A stretch of 41,016 nt of DNA from the NCBI GenBank assembly GCA_000708835.1, contig DF237665.1, positions 1-41,016 of the forward strand. Reading direction: 5' to 3'. This stretch comes from Klebsormidium nitens (lineage: Eukaryota > Plantae > Klebsormidiophyceae). Below are positions 21,501 through 33,272 of this stretch, piece after piece. The translations under genes and the position numbers were made by a program. Within the stretch, counting starts at the first letter, position 1. Each line of letters begins with the position of its first letter. The notes under the pieces were generated by a model, which had not been told where the DNA came from, searched no databases, and saw only the letters and a list, made by a program, of their open reading frames with translations.

Positions 21501-24335
21501 GGAACGGAGCAACATTTGCAATGACCCCTGCGTGACGATTACCCCTCTCGTCCAAGCATAGAGTCCAAGAGCCTCCCCGCAGAAATGGACGCAGTGCTTC
21601 TCGGGACAAGCACATGCAAAGATGCGAATCTTCACCTGCAGAAAAGGAGAGTGCTATTGTATAGAAAAGCGCTTCTCTACTGGTCATGGGTTGATGACGT
21701 CAGCATTTCACGACCACAAAAAGTTTGTGCAAAAGCTCGGACACTTGGACAGATTGTCAATGTGTCAGCAGAAGGCAATCACGCTGGACGGACAGTGTCA
21801 CTCCAAAACTTCAATCTGCGTTGTCTAGATTTTGCATCTAAGAGAACATATATGAATCGACAACAAATAGACAGCGATTGCCCCTATCCTTGATTTGGGC
21901 ACGTGCCCCTGACGCGATGCGTTTTGAAAGGTCTAAGCACCGATTGCGGACAACAAAGGCAGTCTGAGTCCGCACGGCTCTCTTGATGCAAGCTAAGGCC
22001 AATGCTCGGCCATTGAGTGGCGGTCTCACCTCCTGCGACCACTGCAGGGAGTGCACTTGGGCTTTCTGCTAGAGTCCCATCCATCCAGTCTTGCAAGGTG
22101 GGAGTGCCCTAGGACAAGGAGCCGACAGGTACTCCATTCCGCTCAGCTCTGCGAAGTCCCGGGCTATTAGCTCACTGACCCTCACAGGCTGTTGCAGCAG
22201 CTTCACCTCAGGATCGTGAACCTCCCAGCTGTCTGCTGGGCGCACCAGCTTGGGGACTTCCAACTGAACGCCCTCAGCATCCATAGGCAGCACAACTGCA
22301 ACACGCCCGGACGCCCCATGAGTGCACGCGCTGGAAGGGCAAGTGCACTCGCTACAAACTGGGACCAAAAACTCCCCGGGTCCTCCCACACTAGCGCCAC
22401 TGCAGCCCCCCTCCTCATCTCTGCAGCTGCCCCCTTTCTCCTGCTCCACCGGCTCTGCTGCTTCGTGCTGCTCTTTTGCCGCCCAGTAAGTTTTGCCCCT
22501 CCGCTTCAACCCCCGCCCCAGTGCTCAGCCGTGTCCCCATCCGCTTGCTCTGTTCGTGCCCGCTTCCCACTTGCGGATGCAGAGTTACAACACCGGGCTG
22601 TACAACTTCCACTGTCCGGATCAACCCCGCCGCCAAACCAGGGATGCTGCTTGCAAAAACAGGTATCACCCTTACAGGCTGCCTCGTCGTGGCCGTCAGT
22701 ATTCAGCTCAAGGAGGTACCTCTCCACCTCCCAGAGCACGTCCGGCTCGGCCTGCGTCGAGTGCGCCCCCTGAACTTCATCGGGGCTTAGAGCCTCGGTG
22801 ACGCACGTCACAGATGTGCCGTTCGCTGCTGCCTCCTGCCCCTCGACTCGCATAACACTCTTTTCCTGAAGGATGGATATCATTGCCCGGTCGAGCTGTG
22901 CCTCCGGGAACAGACGCCCCTCCAGCCTGTGGACACCGTCCGGACGCTGTAGAGCTCTTTTCACCTCCACGATGTGGCTGCAGTCGCCGACCTTGCTGCA
23001 ACCCGCCTGTCTCCCTTCGCAATACCATGCGAATTGCTCATTGTCATCAAAATGCACCATGGTCCGCTGCGGTCCTGGGGATGCTGCGTTCCAGTACACG
23101 CCAAACACCCGCTCTCCAGGTCTCGTGCAAGGTGCCTCCACCACCCGGTTGCCCCTCTGCAGAGAGATGTGGCTTGCTTGCCTTGCTTCTTCCAGCCCCC
23201 GCAGCGCCAGCTTGTGGACGCAGGGGGCTCCGAAGTACAGCCGCCCCCGGTCGCAGGTGCAGTGTGGATTCCCGATGGTGTCCCAGTGCACAGTTTCGTG
23301 CAGAGCGCGCTCCTTGCTGGGCCGCCCAAGCGACTTGTGCCTGGCAGCGTTATGGTTCCATGCGGTCATCAGAAACACAGAGCTGTCAGAAACCCCTTCG
23401 CCGATGCTGTAGATTGCGCAGTCGCCACTCATGAGGTTGGCCAGGAACCGCCCAGATTGAGCGGCGAGTGTGAGCCGCTCGCCTGCATATCCCGCTTCTA
23501 CCGGTCCGCGATGTTCCTACGCAAGTAATTGAAGACGTACATCGATCAGAGAATTGTTTTAATCTGGATAGCCGGAAAATATCCGACGTCCGCGAGTCAA
23601 GTTGCATCTGCTGGGCAATCTGCTTTCCACCACTACCACCAAAGCGAGGAATAGGCGCGCAAGCGTTTCTTCTGAAAGTGGCATTCACTGAGTCCTGGCA
23701 AGATGGCAACAGCAGCTAGGATGGTAGGCTAACAACATCACTCACCAACAGTGGGACCTTTCGCGGGATCTGCCCAGCCTGGCGGCCTCGGCTGCAATTT
23801 TGGAGCGCTTTCCACCAGCTGCCTCTCTGCTCATTGCATCCTTCGACTGCAGCCCAATAAGATCTTCTCCAAGGAACACTTTCCGCTGGCGCCATGAGTC
23901 GATGGAATCTTTGCGCTCGAACCAAACCTCCGATGGACCTACACATCCAGCTAGGGTAACACGGACAGTGGTCTGGGTCAATGTGACCTTTCCCACCCAG
24001 CGCTCTACGCAAGCCAGGCACACTGGTTGGTTTTTGCCACTGCCTTTCACTCTGCTGGAGACGACGAAGCCGCCAAGGTTCGCTTGCTGGGATTTTCTGA
24101 AAGAGATCTGGCAGACGCCATTTTTCGAACTTAGTAGAGGCTGCTTGCACACAGCGCACTTGAAGGCAGTGGTGTTAGCTACAAGCAACTTTGGGTCGAT
24201 TATGAATTTCCCAGTCGACACCTGATTCCAGGAAGTGGGACAGAAACCTCCACCTGGTAATTGTGCCTCAAGGCCGCATGATCCTGCCACTCCTGCCATT
24301 ACTGCGGGGGGCGGAGCACTGGGCCTGGGGTACAA
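18520..24335 (-). pseudogene. KDZ (Kyakuja-Dileera-Zisupton) transposase 1 with N-terminal Cys cluster, SWIM-like fingers and CxC domain; spliced and disrupted
   Basis: Exons supported: 22065-22030, 21635-21318, 20961-19241, 18970-18912 and 18758-18520, plus coding blocks 24335-23742 and about 23430-22186. Motifs: CTCDRGRLYFGAPCVH (SWIM), C.LCGPHPK-VLLCDG, GGFVFRCPH, EESPRDPF, LIYDNTCKL, VDR|FH..HKC..FNP and NTSAVESCNS. In-frame TGA at 21345 and a frame change near 22510. Confidence 0.85.
21695..21751 (-). repeat. Bipartite motif unit inside a KDZ-1 intron (21636-22029)
   Basis: TGACGTCA 21695-21702, 33-nt linker, CTCGGACA-CTTGGACA 21736-21751. A lone TGACGTCA also occurs at 21238 in the neighbouring intron. 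Confidence 0.85.
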
Positions 24336-24600
24336 ATGGGGCTCGGCTTATGATCGCGGAGTTGAAACTTATGGAGAATTCGCGAGTCGAATCCGCCCTA
24401 TATAGCCACCGCCGAAGCCTGGGTGGGGTACGTTCGATCGGTCTGGGGTCGCTTCCTTTCTGCGTATAGGATTTTGTATCACGATATTAACCGTAACGGG
24501 TGCTACCGGCACAGCTGGGGCGTCTAAAGTACATGGTCGCGTTGCTTCGGTCCGCCGAGGGGGTCGGTAATGGAAGATCCTCTGCGGAGTATTCAGTCGC

Positions 24601-24720
24601 GCGGACGGGTACCGTCCTCGTGGACACGCCCGCGTGGACGGGTACCGCCGGTGTTGCCGCGCGGTACCGACCCGTAGCGGACGCCGTGTGGACGGTGCCG
24701 GTAATCTCACTGGACAGTGA
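24601..24720 (+). repeat. GTGGAC/GGTACC box cluster upstream of KDZ-1 (probable subterminal repeats)
   Basis: GCGGACGGGTACC at 24601, GTGGACGGGTACC at 24634; further GTGGAC at 24620 and 24688. Confidence 0.6.
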
Positions 24721-26571
24721 CAAGGCTGCCGGTTCCCGGCGAAACCAGTCGATATCAGCCAGAACCGGCACCCTGTCGTTACTTTTGCCATCCCAACTGA
24801 AACATTTCGAGTCCAGGGCTCCATACATGTCGCAATATTAGCGATCAGGAGGTGTCCTTTAAAGTTCAAACAGGTCGCCAAGTCCTCTTTTGCGCCTCTC
24901 AACCTCCAACGCAGACGCCCAACCGTTTGACATGCTAGGCTCAGCTTCCAAGTGTGTGTAGCGGGTAAACTCAGCATAATGGTTGTCAAGTCAAGGGACC
25001 CCTCAGGCCTTCAGCCTCGGCTGCTGTCACAGAAGACCTTGAAGACCTCAAGGCAGGGCTTTTTGAAGAATGCAAGGTTTAACAGGCAGCCCAGCTTTTT
25101 AAAAGTTTCAGAGTTCTCTTTCCCGCAAGGTCTGCAAGGTTTGCAGTCCTACAGATGTCAAACCCATTGACCAACCATTGTAGTCTCTGCTCTGAAAGCT
25201 GGAACACATTTTACTTGAGGGAGCAACTTCTGAACATGGCTGGCTTCACCCGTTACTGGGCTTGCTACATGCTGCAGCGTACGGATGCTGATTGCCCTGG
25301 TCGCAAAATCTACATTGGATGAGAGCCTTTTTTTTGGCGGTCTCTTTTGCTTGATTATAGCTCAGGGTAGCTCCCTGATAGCTCAGGATGGTAACTTATC
25401 TGATCTGCAATGAAGGTATCATGTTGGTTGCAGGATCGTCGGCAGCTTTTCTGCATTGCGGTGTTGTGAAGAATGTTGACCTGTTTCCAGTGAAGCTCGT
25501 TGAAGATTTGATGTAGTTGGTTACTGAGATGGGCTTGCGGGAACAGCCCATACATGCAATCCCTTTCGCACGAACATTCTTGAGCCTGAGTTGATTGCAG
25601 CATTTCTGGCATCAATGCTTGAAGTAAAAAGCCAGTCACAGAAAGGTTCTTGAAGCTGAGGAAGCTGTTTGAGAGTCAATTCTCAGCTCTGCAGGTCAGA
25701 CTTGCATGTTTAATTGCATGCTTTTGTTCTGTGGCTGTTGTTGTTTAAACGAAGCTAGTCATTGGCACATCCTGTGAATGAGACCAACGGCAATAGGCAA
25801 GTATCTGCCAGAGCTGAGCAGCGTGGTCCTGAAAGTAGTGAGAGCAAGTCAGTGGGTAAACAAGACCAAGTGAATAGCTTCTCCGAGTCGGAATCGACAA
25901 ACTCAACTATCGTGTTCTTGCTGCTCAGAACATGCACTCTTGATTGTGTTGTTCTCGCTTCACATGCAGATACACACACAACCCCACCCGACGCCTCCGC
26001 TGCCACAATGGAGAATTCACTGGTGGGCCCGCTTCAACTGCAGCCATGCGGCCACTTCAATTTGTACACATAGTCTATGGCTTCAATTCTCAAAAGGAGG
26101 CCACGAGGGTGAGCACCTGCAAAATTAGTGCTTGTTGTGTTCCTGTTGTGTTGTGCTCAGTGTGCAGGTGCATTTTTTGTGTTGTTTAGCGACTCCAGTA
26201 CCAGGAGTTGTGAGCATCCTGCAGCAAAGCTGATTGATCAGTGCTGCAAGGTTTTAAATGCAGTACTATTTTGAATCTTGTAGAGTTCAGCTCTCAGCAA
26301 ATTACTCCCATTGGACTTGTACCTGAATGCATACAACTGAAGGGACAAACAATTCGTTATGAGCGTGCTTGCAATTGGTGTTTCGCTATGGGGCCTAAGT
26401 CAGACATGAGAGATGCAAAGCCGCGTCAGATTGTATCCAGCTTTTAAACTGAACCAATCAAGGGGCAACAGCATATGTGCTCAGATGAAGTAGGCATTCA
26501 CCTTAAAGTGTCCTTGAATTTTGCTGAGCCCGTGAAAGGAAGCTTTCTGGGTGTCAATTTTGAAGCAACAC

Positions 26572-27447
26572 TTATTCATGGGGAAGGTTCTGAACAGTCT
26601 TTGCTGCGTTCTCTTTTTGCAGTTCGAGAGAGTCTGGCAGTATCCACGATCCTATAGCCGAGATGTACGCCGTGCCGTCTCCAACCTCACGCGCCGGCAA
26701 CTTCTTTCCGGTGTGGCGGGAAAGCTGCGCATCCTTGCGATCATGCTCAACCGACCGGAGTGGACAAGGTGTGTTCTTGAAGGTGATTGCAGTCACTTGG
26801 GGAGCGCTCAGAATATGCATATTGAAGTTTCGGACCAGCTCTTCGCGTTGAAGCTGGACCTTGTGAATCTGGACTGAGTTAAACCCTCTTTCTGCCTTCG
26901 GTTTGTGAGTTGAAAGTTGTTCCAACTGCACCAAGGCACGTGGAACTTTCTGTGACGCTATCGCAAATGTTGGAAGGGCCTTCCGGTAATTACGCTAACT
27001 AGGGTTCTCATGAGCAGCTTGTTTAGCAGCTCATGCTCACGCATGAGTACGTTATGGATGTGTCCGGAGTTTCCAGGAGCCCTTCCGAGTTTGAGTGCTC
27101 CAGGATTCTAAGCGGAGAAATAGATCACGTTCGTTTGATTGGAACGCAAAGCAAGCGGTGCTGACAACGTCCCGTCGTTTGGCGTCCTTGACTACAGGCG
27201 TCCACTGACCGTGCACTTCTTGAACGAAGAGCATCAGGCCATGGTCGAAGCTTGCGAGCCAGGGCTGACGGCAAACGTGATCCAAGTGGTTGGGCCATGG
27301 ACTGGATTTCCATAACGAGGTTTGCTTGAGAAGTAGGAAAACTTTCTTCCATTCTAGCAAAGCGGTTCCTTTTTCTGCTCCAAACAAGGGTTCCCCAAGG
27401 GTTCTATGATACTCTCGTAGAAGGCTCAGTGACTTGGGATTATTCAA
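26572..27447 (-). pseudogene. Degenerate unassigned coding sequence between the KDZ genes
   Basis: Consecutive minus-strand open frames (27447-27052 and 26934-26572) with protein-like composition, broken by stops or frameshifts. No family recognised. Confidence 0.25.
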
Positions 27448-28494
27448 GTTTTGGCCAACTGGCGAGGAAATGGACTGCTGAAGATTGTTATATTTTGGGT
27501 ATTGAAAGCGGGATGATCTTGCTTGCTATATGGGCCGAACTCAGGGTGACATTGGAAAGTTATTATGTTTTGAACGGCTTCAACATGGAACGGTCTCCCA
27601 CTAGTTTGAAGTTTTTGTATGCGTCGCTATCATGTTTCACTATTAGTACCGTACGGGCCATCCACGATGTTTGGTGATTATGTTGCATATGATTGCATCA
27701 TGTTGTCAAAGCGATGTAACAAAGCCGCCTCATGTTTGGTTGCATGCAATCGCCGCGGTCTGTCAATTATGTCAGTTGACTGGCGAGAGTTTCTCCGCCA
27801 CTATGCGCGCATGCACTGCATGGCGCAGCCACGCGGTGACATGATGCGAAACTAGAATATAGTTACTGATTTGTTATGTCATAAAAAACAGTGCGCGATC
27901 GAATTGTCTATAATGGGACCACTGAGTCCGGACACTGCACAATTGAATTGTGCATTCTGTTATATGTGAGCGGTTAGAAACATGCATGCAGTAATGCAGC
28001 AACGCTGGCTTGGAAATCGCACTGCAAGTGGTGAGAGTTCCGTGAGAGTGCTGCCGGCTCTGCTATTCATATTGTATGCGGGTAGCTGAACTTCGGAACA
28101 GCTCAAGTACTTATGCTCTCATGGCCCATGACCATGTCACGCTGTGCCCGGGCCCTGGTGTACATGTCCGCGCGTGCTAGCGCGTCGAGCTAGCCGCCGG
28201 CCTGCTGCCGCGCCAGGATCCGGCGCGGCAGCGATGAATACCGCCGTGACTGCACCGTGAAGTTAGATTTCGGAAGTTGACGCGGTCGCTAAGAATCGTC
28301 GATTGTGAGGCAGCAGATCATCCAACGGACCATATTGGATTGCGGAACTTGTTTCAAGCGACCAACTTGGCAATAGAGTCACTTTGCTGGTCGCTGGAGG
28401 CGGAACGAGTCCCTTTCGCCCTTGCTGGATTTGGTGAAGTCCAAATGTTGGTGTCCACAAGATAACGTTTTGAGTCTGCACAATTCAATTGTCC

Positions 28495-28613
28495 GTGGAC
28501 AGGTACCTTAAATTCGTGTGGTATTTGTGGACAGGTACCTCAAATTTGCTGCTCAATTGGAGGCCCGGAGGACAGGTACCTTAATTTCATGGCAGAACCG
28601 TGGACGGGTACCT
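28495..28613 (+). repeat. Four GTGGACRGGTACCT direct repeats
   Basis: Copies start at 28495, 28527, 28568 (GAGGAC variant) and 28600; spacings 32, 41 and 32 bp. Confidence 0.85.
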
Positions 28614-29398
28614 TTAGAGTGGAGGACTTGAACGACTTTTCACCACGCGCTCAGGCCGCCGTGCAGTGAACTCAGTCTGCTCGTGCCGCTGCCGTACACT
28701 GGGGTTTTTAGTTCGATTGTTGGGGTTTCTGTGGGTGATCCGATGTAAGATTCAGTATATTACCTTTGAAAGGTGCAAATTTTGGCTGATCTTACAAGAC
28801 CCTCTTTTACCATTTTATCATGTTCAACAAAGAATAAATCGCTCTCGGAACCAGAGGGTTCTTTTTAGCGAATAATCGGGGGATTTGTTTACAAATTGCT
28901 TAAAACTTAACAAAATACATCCCCGATACATCAGGATCTTTGTATCCAGAAGGTATTTACTATTCACTATTATTGTTGACTGCAAGCTGGAAAATGTTTA
29001 CTTTTCAATTTTGAAGTAGGCCGGTACGCACCGAGGTCCGAATCAGCTCGCTTTGTACCAGGAAATGCAGGCAGGCCGCAGGACCGGGTACCTACCGCAA
29101 TGCCGAAACCACTCTGAGTCTTATCAGGGCTAGTTCAACTTATAATTCCTAGTATGTGCGGCACACTAGACTGCCGACACTTGTCCTTTTTTCTCTATCT
29201 TCGCCAGTCTGCAAACAAGACCTGTAAGACTGCCTCCCAACATCCGTTAATCACCGGGCAGTCTGTATATCTGCTAGGAGTCTGCTTTGTGCTTAAGTTT
29301 GTGCCCGGTGAAACAGCACATAGAATAACCGTTGGCTGTTTTCAAATCTTCCAAGTATCGCGCGCGAGGTACTTTCCCGTACGTACCCCGGTTCGACC

Positions 29399-29475
29399 GT
29401 CCACATGACGTCCACAGCCACGTCCACAGTATAAGCCCAGGCTGTCCACTATACCTAAGGTACTCATACGGTACC
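29399..29475 (-). repeat. GTCCAC/GGTACC cluster in inverted orientation to 28495-28613
   Basis: GTCCAC at 29399, 29410, 29422 and 29444; AAGGTAC at 29457; GGTACC at 29470. Confidence 0.55.
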
Positions 29476-29869
29476 AGAATAGCGTCAAACGTGCCGCTAT
29501 ATCGTTTCCAAGCTCCCCTCGCCGTCTATTTTTCCCGAGGGGATCCCTGGCCGTCCATTTTATGCCATTCTTCAGTTGGTGGACCCAAGATTCGCCTTCT
29601 CAAGGGTTCAGTGGTCTAATCGACGGCGACTGCCGGTCCTGAAAATACGTTGGTCCGAGTTTCGTAAATTTGGTGGCGTACCAACACCCAGTATCCCCGA
29701 GCTCGCTTATAGCGTACGACGCCTGTGTAGAGCCTATGATAACTACTCATAGCTTATAGGTAAAATCATCGACGATGGTTCGCGATCTACAGAGTTTCAT
29801 CCGACGGCTATGAGCAACGGAAGCCCCATCAATTGAAACGCTCGCGCGAGAAAATCGAACGGCATAGCG

Positions 29870-30460
29870 TGGTGTCACTGTAGCATCGAACGTCTGTAGT
29901 GAACTGGGAGTAAAAAGTCCCTTTTAACATATGAAAACGGTTAACTTTCGGCAGGTTTTTACTCGCAGCCTTCACAGCCTGGCCTACTGACTGCACTGAG
30001 GGATTGTACGGTACTGCTTCGGAACGGTTCGGAGGCCCACTGGTGGATTTGGGGCAGCTCAGACAACTAGGACTTTACCGACCCACTGCTGAGCCCCAGC
30101 TCAGTGCCCACGTATCAGCTGGGGTTTGCACTGACGGTCAAGAAAGTTGGACGCGCAGCGGCATGGTGTCACTGACATAGCAACAAACCAACAAACCAGG
30201 ATGAAATCATTGAAATGGGAGTAAAAAGTCCCTTTTACATATGAAAACAATTAATCTCGGAAAGTTTTTACTCCCAGCCTCTGCAGGAGCTGGCCCACTC
30301 TGCACAAGCTGGCCCACTCTGGCCCACTGACTGCACTAGGGGCTTGCTGGCTTGTACTACTGCATGGAGAACTGGTGGACTGGAGCAGCTCAGATCGGAC
30401 AACTTGGATTTGACCGACCGTACGTAGCTGAGCCCCAGCTGCCCACACCCACGCTCGCAA
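29870..30460 (+). repeat. Diverged ~310-bp tandem duplication
   Basis: Both units carry GGTGTCACTG, the GGGAGTAAAAAG unit, CTGACTGCACT, CAGCTCAGA and GCTGAGCCCCAGCT in the same order. Confidence 0.75.
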
Positions 30461-32899
30461 GCTTAGGTCCAACACTTGAGCAGCGTCCGACCAAACTCTG
30501 AAATGCCCACTCTCCCCATCTCCCGGGCCACCAGGCCAAGTATCCAAGTACTGCCGGGGTCCAGTGGGTCAGAGCGGCCTCAAGTAGAACGCAGCTAATA
30601 TGATCTCAGTGCTCATCAACTTATGCAAACAAGGGACCCAACTTCGGACCCACTGAGCTACCACTGATCATGAGTTGCACATCAACAACGAGCTAGCGTG
30701 AATACGTATAGGTGTATAGGCCGGAATCACCAACTTCAATTGAAGCTTCAATCAGCCGCCCGGGATATCCATCCAAAGCTTACATGAGGCTTAGGTCCGA
30801 GTCTGAGAGATGAAAGAAAAAGCCTAGGGTGCGTGAGATGGTCTGAATTAAACTCGTAGCCTAGATAGGAAATGGTAGACTTCAGTTCCGAGGAGTCTGC
30901 TTGACATGCCTGCCCCAGTTGACGATCCTTGGAAGCTACCGGGCGCTAGCCTGAGAGCGAAATCTTGAGCTGTACGTTCTCAAGTCCGGAAGCATTTCTG
31001 TTCATACTGAGCCGAAAGAACAAGTGAGGCTTTGTACAAGAGATGCGGCATCACCAGAAGTGGGAGGAAAAAGTCCTTCAAAGTATAGCAAATGAATGAT
31101 CTCGAAGGTTTTTTACTCCCGACCCTTGAGACTGGGAGCAAAAAGTCTCCTAAAGTATAACAATGAGTCAGCTCAGGATGTTTTTACTCCCGACGGTCCC
31201 CTGTCATATACTTCCCTCACACCGGCTTGCACCCGAGGCTTTGTTTCAAGGAGTTGATGCCTGACCCTGCGTAGTCTGCCTTAGTATATATAGGCCACTG
31301 CCAGTGAGCTCAGCCTTGAGCAGTATTGCAGTGAGTACTAAAGTAAATCGACTGGGCCGAACTTGAAAGTCAGCCTGCTGTTTGACTGGCAGTGATGGGC
31401 GGGCCGGTGGACGTTGCGGGCAGTCCATCAGTGCAGCCCCCGCGGAACTTGCCCGCCTCTGCCCAGGCAGGACACTCGGAAGTTTGGAAGTTCTTCCTAT
31501 CCAAAACGTTCCAGCCGGTCCGCGCGCATCTGAGCACTTGCGCCCACCCAAAATCCTTGGCAGTGCCATCCCCCATACTACCCCCAACTGGTACGTGGGC
31601 CGCAAGATGGTTGCAATGATTGATAGAGAGGTCTTAGAAAAATTCTATGACCTCGCTCAAAAGAGGGAGGGAAAAGTTCCTAAAGAACTATAAGGATGAT
31701 TTCAACTCAGGAACTTTTTACTCCCTACCCACTGCCAATGACTCTTTAACTCTTTAACTAGACCGGACCAATGATCCACCCTTGCAGGACACAAACGGCT
31801 GGGTCGCCGGGGCCACTCGAGTGACGTCGATCCAAAACAACCCACAATCAAAACAACTCACGACGGCTTGCTCGTGATGCAGCCATGTGCAGTCGTACGT
31901 GGCCCACCGAAATTGTTGATGATGTGCACCACGCCCTGGGCTTTGTCGCAGGTGTCGCACGCTGTCCGCCGGACTAGGTAATTTATGGAGGCTGTAACTT
32001 TTTTCTTACGACCTCCTCATCAATCTTTGTAACCAACTTTGCCAACGTATGAGCTGGGTTTTGTCTCCCTTTGCCCTCGACAAGAAGGTTTAACGAAGTC
32101 CAGGATAAAGCCCTGGACTTCTGACCCTACATTTTGGTTGTCCACGCAAGAGGAGATCCCCGACAAGTTTCCATCCGATAGAAAACGGGCCACTGTGATC
32201 GAGGATGCTGATTCTGGAGGCCGTCTCATCCGTCTTCCTGATCTTGGAACCGCCGGATTCACTGGCAAACAGATCGCCTAGGTAAAGGACCATTAATCCA
32301 TGTGGCTGCGGGCTAGTCACCTCAAATTCGACAATCAGTGGTCCACCACTTGAACCCGTCTCTCCCCTGATGTCCCCTTTTGGCCTCTGGCCATATAATG
32401 TGGACCAGCGGTGTCTGACGTGGGCTGTCTTCATCCAATGTTTCTTCACGCTTTCAGACCGGACTATGCTTGGGGGCATCGATGGTGTCTCAGTCTTCTG
32501 CTTTCGACGGTCTGACTCTTGATCTGCTTCAACTCTGGGCTGCTTCATAGGTTACAAAAGGTCCTACTTTACTATGTGAAGCTTCGCGCAACCGGTTGAC
32601 CAATATGGACCAACTTAGAATGAACTGGACAACCGACCAGTTTGCCTACGGCAAGCAAGCTTGAGGTTCACCAACGACTCGCTCAACGACAAAAACGATC
32701 TTTGAGCCGCAATCGACACTCTCTTTGAGCCTTGGGACAAGCGCGCTTAAGCTGGGGGGCCAATTGCGTGGCATGGAACAAGATTCCAGTGACATATCCG
32801 CAAAAAACAGCTCCAGACGTTGGAAGGAAACTTGAACAGACGGGGAGTAAAATCCTCTTTAATATACAAAAGAGTTCACTTAAGGAACTTTTTACTCCC
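29906..32899. repeat. Six dispersed 57-61 bp inverted-repeat units GGGAGTAAAAA-(36-39 nt)-TTTTTACTCCC
   Basis: Units at 29906-29966, 30217-30275, 31062-31120, 31134-31191, 31665-31725 and 32843-32899. Confidence 0.85.
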
Positions 32900-33272
32900 T
32901 TTAAACTTGCATCCAACGGTCCGATAGTGTCCGTGTTGTTCCATCGGACGGCTATACTTCGAGCATCGTAACTCCGAAGCTCTCCGAATCTTGACGAACA
33001 TTGCTCGAATGACTAGGCCGGACATGTTTTTCTACCATATTAGTTTCCTACGAGTCACCCAAAAGTGGAACGAGATGGAATCACAATCTACACTTAGGAA
33101 AGAGAAGATGGGCGCCAGAAGGTATTCCATAGTCATCCAAGACAGCTTGCCCATTGCATTGCTTCTTCTGGTAGCCATTCTCAGCATTTCCTCCACAAAC
33201 TGCGAGCCTCTGGTAACGGTGTGCAAGACAATCCCAAACCCAGTCGTCTGCGCTGCTTCGGATCGACTTGCT

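Noticed and set aside
19230-23530. Numerous overlapping plus-strand and alternate-frame ORFs over the KDZ-1 gene (and similar ones over KDZ-2 and the helicases)
   Set aside because: Shadow ORFs of GC-rich coding sequence with no independent motifs.
28190-28232. Helitron 3' end (11-bp GC hairpin 28204-28232, then CTAG 10 nt downstream on the minus strand)
   Set aside because: The base after CTAG is not T, and I found no matching 5' TC end or Rep/helicase gene. The hairpin is real but the assignment is unsupported.
29906-32899. Integron attC (59-base elements), given their size and the YR genes nearby
   Set aside because: No RYYYAAC/GTTRRRY ends, no cassette ORFs between the units, and the YRs lack recognisable IntI features.
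24850-33000. TET/JBP dioxygenase cargo typical of fungal KDZ elements
   Set aside because: An HLD tripeptide occurs in ORF 27052-27447, but no distal His/Arg motif or beta-helix pattern could be recognised.
32991-33272. Signal peptide or transmembrane segment at the start of ORF 32991-34307
   Set aside because: It lies upstream of the likely ATG (33273) and has no counterpart in KDZ-1; probably an untranslated extension of the frame.
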